This document shows positions 59,466-64,000 of a DNA stretch of 64,000 nt, piece after piece (position 1 is the first letter of the stretch; each line of letters begins with the position of its first letter). The stretch lies in the IMG/VR virus record IMGVR_UViG_3300030433_001574, positions 43,204 to 107,203 of that record. One strand, given 5' to 3'. This stretch comes from a virus. Lineage: Duplodnaviria; Caudoviricetes. The notes beneath the pieces were generated by a model, which made no database searches, was not told the DNA's origin, and saw nothing but the letters and a program-made list of their open reading frames with translations. The translations under genes and the position numbers were made by a program.

Positions 59466-59503
59466 CAATCTTCCCACGGTGTTGCTTGATAAAAGAATAG
59501 CGG

Positions 59504-61903
59504 TTAGGGAGAAGGAAAATCAGTTTTTCCTACAGCGGGTAACCAGTTAGGTGCGTAGTCCGGGTTTCTTATTTCACTTTGTAACGAATTTAGCATGTTA
59601 CGGTATCTTTGTGCATGTTCGCTGTCTCCAAACTCATACAGACGTTTCTGTTCAGGTGGTGTGGTCAAGAAGTCAATAGCACGACCTGCTTGTTTGTATG
59701 CAGCATCGTCTCTGTCTATCGTTTCCATCATTTGCTCTCTTTGTCTTTTTGTCGGGGCGTGCTCTCCAAACGCTTCAGGGTCTGAAAACAATTTTTGTTC
59801 AGCGGCTTGCCACGGTGAAAATTGCTCTTGGTCATGGTAAAGTTGTCGAAACGAGTCCTTTTGCATTTGAGGCACTCTTTGGAATCCTTGATAGAGAAAT
59901 GCTTGCTCTGCTGCTCTTTTTTCCGAGCCAGTTCCCATGTAATCAGGTTTGTCAGGATTTGGATAATGTGTGTCATGGGGAATAAACCCATGTGGCCCTT
60001 CTATTGGCGCAGCCATGTGGTCTAACATTTGACCAAATTCAGGTAGCCGAGCGTGCGAGCCAAGATACGGGTCAAATGTAACCATGTTGCCCTTGTCGTC
60101 ATATCCTACGTTACCAAATTTTACATCACCTATATCGAGCGTATGTGTTAATGGATTCCTTTCAAACACTCGCTTTAAATTACCCAAGTCTTCAAGAAGT
60201 TTCTTGTTTTGTTGAGTGTAAAGTGATTGTAATGGTTTAGGCATTTCTTTTCCACGCTCTTCTTCAAAATCATGTTTAGCCTGTGAAATATGTTGTCCAT
60301 AATTATCAATTAGGTGTGTCTTTGTTTTGTCTTGTCGAGTTGGAAAGAACCGAGGGCTTTTGTCAAAAGCCATAGGTTGTTCAGGAACAATGGGGAAACC
60401 AAGCGATGCAAGTGCGTTAAAGATAGCGAGGTCTTTTTTGTTTTCGGCTCTACCCCAGCCATGAGGATATTTTTCAACAGAGTCGTGACCAACAAGCGCA
60501 AATCTGTTTGCCCCACCAGTTTCAAAACCTTCATTTTCTTCACCCATTGGGTCTACGTCTTTGGCTCTATAGACAAATTTTCTACCATCCCAAACCAAAG
60601 GTCTGACATCATCATCGTATTTGTATGGTGCATCTTCACTTTTTTGAACTGGGCTTGGGCCACCTTCTCTGAAGTCTCGGAACTGCTGTGGTGGAACATA
60701 TGGTTTCAAATTAGTGCTCTGTAAACCTTCAAGCATGTTTCGATATAGTTCGCCGTGTAATCCTGTGTCGTATTCAAACAACCGTCTTTGCTCATCAGGG
60801 ACGTTGATAAAGTCAAAGAAGTCACCTACTCGCTTGTAGTCAGCGTCATCTGCTGCTTGCAGTTTTTTATCTTCCTCTCTTTGTCGCTCATACGCAGCGT
60901 CAGTAGCGTATCTGTGCTTAGGAATAAAATTTGGATTATGAAGCGTTTCTTCAGCCTGTTTTTCCCACGGCTTGAATATGTCTGTGTCTCTATAGAGTTG
61001 AACAAAGTTATCAAACTGCATTGGGTTCATGTCTTTTGCTCGGTAGAAGTTTCTGTATGTGTTAGCGTAGTTTGATGGGTCTTTGTAGTCACCACCAATA
61101 TCATTTATTGAGGCTGCGTTTTGAAGCATTCGACCCATAGTTCCCAATCGTCGTTTCACACCATACATCGGGTCAAAGGTAACAAATTTTGATGAGTCAG
61201 GGTCACGACCTATGTTGTAATCGTGCAAGTCAGTTACATCCAATGCACTTGGTAGATAATCTTCAAACACACCATGCAATTCTTGTATGTCACGAGCACG
61301 ATTGTCCCGCAACTCTGTTAGTTTTTCTCTTATCGCATCTCCTTGTTCTCTATTGATTTCGGGTGCTAATGTGGGACTATTGTGAAGATACTCTAAAAGT
61401 GCCATAGATGGCACTTTAGGAGAGAGGTTAAGACGACGTGCCGCTTCAGGGTCGTTTAGTAGAGCAACATAAGCATCTCTCATTGATGGTCGCAAATCCA
61501 TGTCGATTGCTCTTTGCTCTACTGGAAAAGACTGACCTAAACCAATCTCTCTGTCATGCGCCATTGGGTATTCAGGCACAATAGGATAACCAAGCGAGGC
61601 TAATGCGTGCGATATGGCTATGTCTGTCTTAGGAGCAGCCCTACCGCCCCTGCTTCTGTCTTGTGCAAATTTTATTGCTCTGTTAGGATAAACCTCTACA
61701 TTACGATATGCACCACTGTCTGTGCGAATTGGCTCGTCTCCTTTTTCTGTTTGCCCCACATCCTCCGCTATCTGTATGGTGTCCTCGCTATTACCCAGTA
61801 AAGGTAATAAATTTCGACGCATTCTCGATGCTTTTTCAGAAGGGGTTTCGTCATCAGGAAATTCTGCTTTCAACAGATTGTAAGCAATGTTAAAAGCCGA
61901 CAC
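59504..61903 (-). CDS. Tandem duplicated protein-kinase-like (PKL fold) protein, 799 aa
   Basis: SGAYR...AIK...DLHDYNIG...FVTFDP and GGANR...VEK...DVKFGNVG...MVTFDP; the two halves align by eye. Confidence 0.7.
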   Translation of the reverse strand: MSAFNIAYNLLKAEFPDDETPSEKASRMRRNLLPLLGNSEDTIQIAEDVGQTEKGDEPIRTDSGAYRNVEVYPNRAIKFAQDRSRGGRAAPKTDIAISHALASLGYPIVPEYPMAHDREIGLGQSFPVEQRAIDMDLRPSMRDAYVALLNDPEAARRLNLSPKVPSMALLEYLHNSPTLAPEINREQGDAIREKLTELRDNRARDIQELHGVFEDYLPSALDVTDLHDYNIGRDPDSSKFVTFDPMYGVKRRLGTMGRMLQNAASINDIGGDYKDPSNYANTYRNFYRAKDMNPMQFDNFVQLYRDTDIFKPWEKQAEETLHNPNFIPKHRYATDAAYERQREEDKKLQAADDADYKRVGDFFDFINVPDEQRRLFEYDTGLHGELYRNMLEGLQSTNLKPYVPPQQFRDFREGGPSPVQKSEDAPYKYDDDVRPLVWDGRKFVYRAKDVDPMGEENEGFETGGANRFALVGHDSVEKYPHGWGRAENKKDLAIFNALASLGFPIVPEQPMAFDKSPRFFPTRQDKTKTHLIDNYGQHISQAKHDFEEERGKEMPKPLQSLYTQQNKKLLEDLGNLKRVFERNPLTHTLDIGDVKFGNVGYDDKGNMVTFDPYLGSHARLPEFGQMLDHMAAPIEGPHGFIPHDTHYPNPDKPDYMGTGSEKRAAEQAFLYQGFQRVPQMQKDSFRQLYHDQEQFSPWQAAEQKLFSDPEAFGEHAPTKRQREQMMETIDRDDAAYKQAGRAIDFLTTPPEQKRLYEFGDSEHAQRYRNMLNSLQSEIRNPDYAPNWLPAVGKTDFPSP

Positions 61904-61909
61904 ATTTCA

Positions 61910-62440
61910 TCACCTGTTTCGCAAGTGACTCCATGCTTTTTCAATTGGGATGCGAAACTCGTCAGCAAGCATTTCAATTTGCTCATCAGTCAATGTGCCT
62001 TCAGGACGCATAGCGTGCAAGAATGGATTCTCTTGGCTCACAGGCTGTGGTGCTACTGGATTGTATGGAGGTGTTGCTCTTGCTGGGATTTGTCGTTCAG
62101 AAGGCTCACCAGCACCGGGCGGCATTTGAGCAGGGTTTGGAGGTAGGGTTCGTGGCCCTTCGCTGCGACCCTTTGGGTTCATTGGGTATACTGTTCGGCC
62201 TACGTTACGCAGTGGCATGGTTTCATGCGGAGGCAAAGGAGGCTCAGGAATCATACGCTGTGTCCGTAGTGGGCCTCTTAGATTCGGGAAGCCATCTGCG
62301 TCTACCATAGGAGTGTGTATGTCTTTCTGACGCTCTAAGTTCCTGTGATGCCGTTGTCCTACGGGCATGTTTGGGTCTTCTTGCATCGACGGCTTGATGG
62401 CTTTAAGCAGAGAGAACGCATAGCCAAAAGCGTCAGACAT
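61910..62440 (-). CDS. Pro-rich hypothetical protein with tag-like motifs at both ends
   Basis: MSDAFGYAFSLLKA ... IPIEKAWSHLRNR. Confidence 0.65.
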   Translation of the reverse strand: MSDAFGYAFSLLKAIKPSMQEDPNMPVGQRHHRNLERQKDIHTPMVDADGFPNLRGPLRTQRMIPEPPLPPHETMPLRNVGRTVYPMNPKGRSEGPRTLPPNPAQMPPGAGEPSERQIPARATPPYNPVAPQPVSQENPFLHAMRPEGTLTDEQIEMLADEFRIPIEKAWSHLRNR

Positions 62441-62452
62441 ATCTCGTCCCAT

Positions 62453-62952
62453 GCGTAACTAACCTATCAATTATGCGGTAACCAAAGGACAGCGCAGGGG
62501 TCAAATTTTTTTGTCAAATTTTTTTTTGCTGGAGCGCTGTGCGTGGTCATAAGAAGCGTAACTAAGGGGCGTAACTACATCGCTCCGCCTAAGCCCTGCG
62601 TAACAAGGGGCGTAACAAGGCACTGCAAGCCATAGCCTCATGCTCCCACGCAAGGGGTTCGGCGTAACAAGCAACTCGCCTGTAGTGAGGAGCGCCACGC
62701 TCCAACGGAGCGTTGCGCTCCGAGCAGGGCTTGCCTCATGCTGATGAGCATGGTGCTCAGCGTGGTGCTCTATAGAACGTGGCACTGCTCAGCATATAGC
62801 AACGCAGTGTTGCTTTATACCATGCCTCTTGCTGATGCGGAGCGCTATGCTGTTCCATGCTTCAGCGCCACGCCGTAAGCCTTGCGCCCTTAACCCCACC
62901 CATACGGATGGCCTTTGCCATCCTCCTTCGCACGTTACCTTTGTTGCGTAAC
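62453..62952. repeat. Non-coding strand-switch region with 7 GCGTAAC copies and 2 GTCAAATTTTTTT copies
   Basis: GCGTAAC at 62453, 62556, 62569, 62598, 62610, 62662, 62946; tandem gtcaaattttttt at about 62500-62527. Confidence 0.7.
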
Positions 62953-62970
62953 CAGCGAGACATTGATGTT

Positions 62971-63010
62971 GATATATAAAGAGACAGTATGCATTGACGC
63001 AAGGAGGAGA
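62971..63010 (+). promoter_or_regulatory. TATA box and RBS of the plus-strand gene
   Basis: GATATATAAA at 62971-62980; AAGGAGG at 63001-63007; ATG at 63016. Confidence 0.7.
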
Positions 63011-63015
63011 AAGTT

Positions 63016-63828
63016 ATGCCAAACGCTAACCAGTCTAACGTAGCCCAAACACAGAACGCCACTTGGGAGTCCACAGCGACCCCCATGCTCAAGGAGGTGG
63101 GAACATTCTTGCAGTCACGCAGACAATCGTTCACCACATCCTTCAACCTCGACGCATCTCAAGGTGTGCCGATGACCAAAGAGCCGATGACATACACTGT
63201 CGCTCAGGTCACTGCTTTCGCTGTCGATGTCCTTGAGTTGTGCGCTGAGCGCACCGACTGCAAAGACATGGGTGAGCCATCGAAGATGGGTCGCACTGCT
63301 CTCGGAAAGGCTTTCAGTGCCACATCCGTCTATGCCAACAAGGAGAAGTTGATTGTGGTCAAGCAACTCAACGCCTTCCGTCGAACCCTCAAGTCTGCTC
63401 GCAAGGCTCAGCGTGTTGCCGAAGCCGTCGCTGAGGGTCGCCAGTGGTATGCCGATGGGGTCGTCTTCGACGAGAAGCACGAACTCGCTGGACAGCCGAA
63501 GCCGTTCCCAAGCCGTCGCAAGGCTGTTTCCGCTTACCTTCGCACCAACGTCGATGAGAACTGGAGCACACGAGCAAACAAGGGCGAACTCAAGGACATG
63601 GCACTCTCCCATGTTCGACAAGGTGCAGTCGATGCACCAACCGCCCAAGACACTCGTGATGCTCAAGCAACACCTGCCCCAGTAGCCACTCAGTCCACCG
63701 TTTCCGCTAAGGTCACGAAGGCTGAGTTGGTCACCCAAGCAGTCAAACTCGGCATCGCCAAGTCACGAGCGAGTGGCATGAAGAAGGCCGACCTCGTTGC
63801 GACCATCAACGCACTCTCCAACCTCTGA
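63016..63828 (+). CDS. Probable early, highly expressed protein with C-terminal Rho-N/HeH-like motif
   Basis: TKAELVTQAVKLGIAKSRASGMKKADLVATI; C-ending codon bias; own promoter and terminator. Confidence 0.8.
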   Translation: MPNANQSNVAQTQNATWESTATPMLKEVGTFLQSRRQSFTTSFNLDASQGVPMTKEPMTYTVAQVTAFAVDVLELCAERTDCKDMGEPSKMGRTALGKAFSATSVYANKEKLIVVKQLNAFRRTLKSARKAQRVAEAVAEGRQWYADGVVFDEKHELAGQPKPFPSRRKAVSAYLRTNVDENWSTRANKGELKDMALSHVRQGAVDAPTAQDTRDAQATPAPVATQSTVSAKVTKAELVTQAVKLGIAKSRASGMKKADLVATINALSNL

Positions 63829-63888
63829 GTAGGCTTGCAGTAGTCCGTTCCCCGTCGTTTCCTCGTGCCACCATAGTCACGAGTCGCC

Positions 63889-63929
63889 GCCCCTCACACG
63901 GTTCAGGCCGTGTGGGGGGCTTTTTTTTT
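63889..63929 (+). terminator. Hairpin plus U-tract terminator
   Basis: GCCCCTCACACGG-ttcagg-CCGTGTGGGGGGC followed by T9. Confidence 0.8.
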
Positions 63930-64000
63930 GGCCTCCGAGCCTTGTTACGCACGCCAGCCTAGCGGCTCGCTTCGCTCGGAGACGGCTAAACGCCGTCTTA

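Noticed and set aside
62453-62952. CRISPR mini-array or tRNA
   Set aside because: Repeats are only 7-13 nt with irregular spacing, and no cloverleaf was recognised. No tRNA, rRNA or CRISPR array was seen anywhere in the window by eye.
62501-63738. Minus-strand ORFs 62501-62785, 62862-63146 and 63115-63738
   Set aside because: They overlap the repeat region or are antisense to the 63016 gene, which has the promoter, RBS and terminator.

Overview
The whole window reads as the morphogenesis and late half of a tailed (Caudoviricetes) archaeal virus genome. GGTGA/GGAGG ribosome-binding sites, TATA-like boxes in front of leaderless starts and the gene content resemble magroviruses of Marine Group II Poseidoniales; that assignment is inference, not a database result. 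Almost all genes lie on the minus strand. Read right to left they are: a cluster of accessory ORFs sharing an A[WFY]xxL[KR] motif (tandem kinase-like protein, two GNAT paralogs, an HNH-like protein, small basic proteins); an Arf/Ras-like small GTPase plus membrane-protein operon; TerS; three large unknowns; TerL; HMG-CoA lyase; a LAGLIDADG protein; portal; an 1834-aa protein with a catalytically dead ATP-dependent ligase domain; prohead protease/scaffold; MCP; head-tail and tail genes; tape measure; and a giant LamG-headed ORF of at least 5,885 codons that runs off the left edge and is missing from the ORF track. At about 62.5-63 kb the strand switches across a repeat-rich non-coding region into a GC-richer plus-strand gene with its own terminator. 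Two candidate novel systems stand out. (1) A reusable peptide tag that may be a capsid-targeting/prohead-protease (cut-after-Lys) signal, marking a shuffled cargo of kinase, acetyltransferase and nuclease modules. (2) A virus-encoded Arf-like GTPase/membrane operon that may be an archaeal egress or membrane-remodelling system. All functional calls come from motif recognition by eye.
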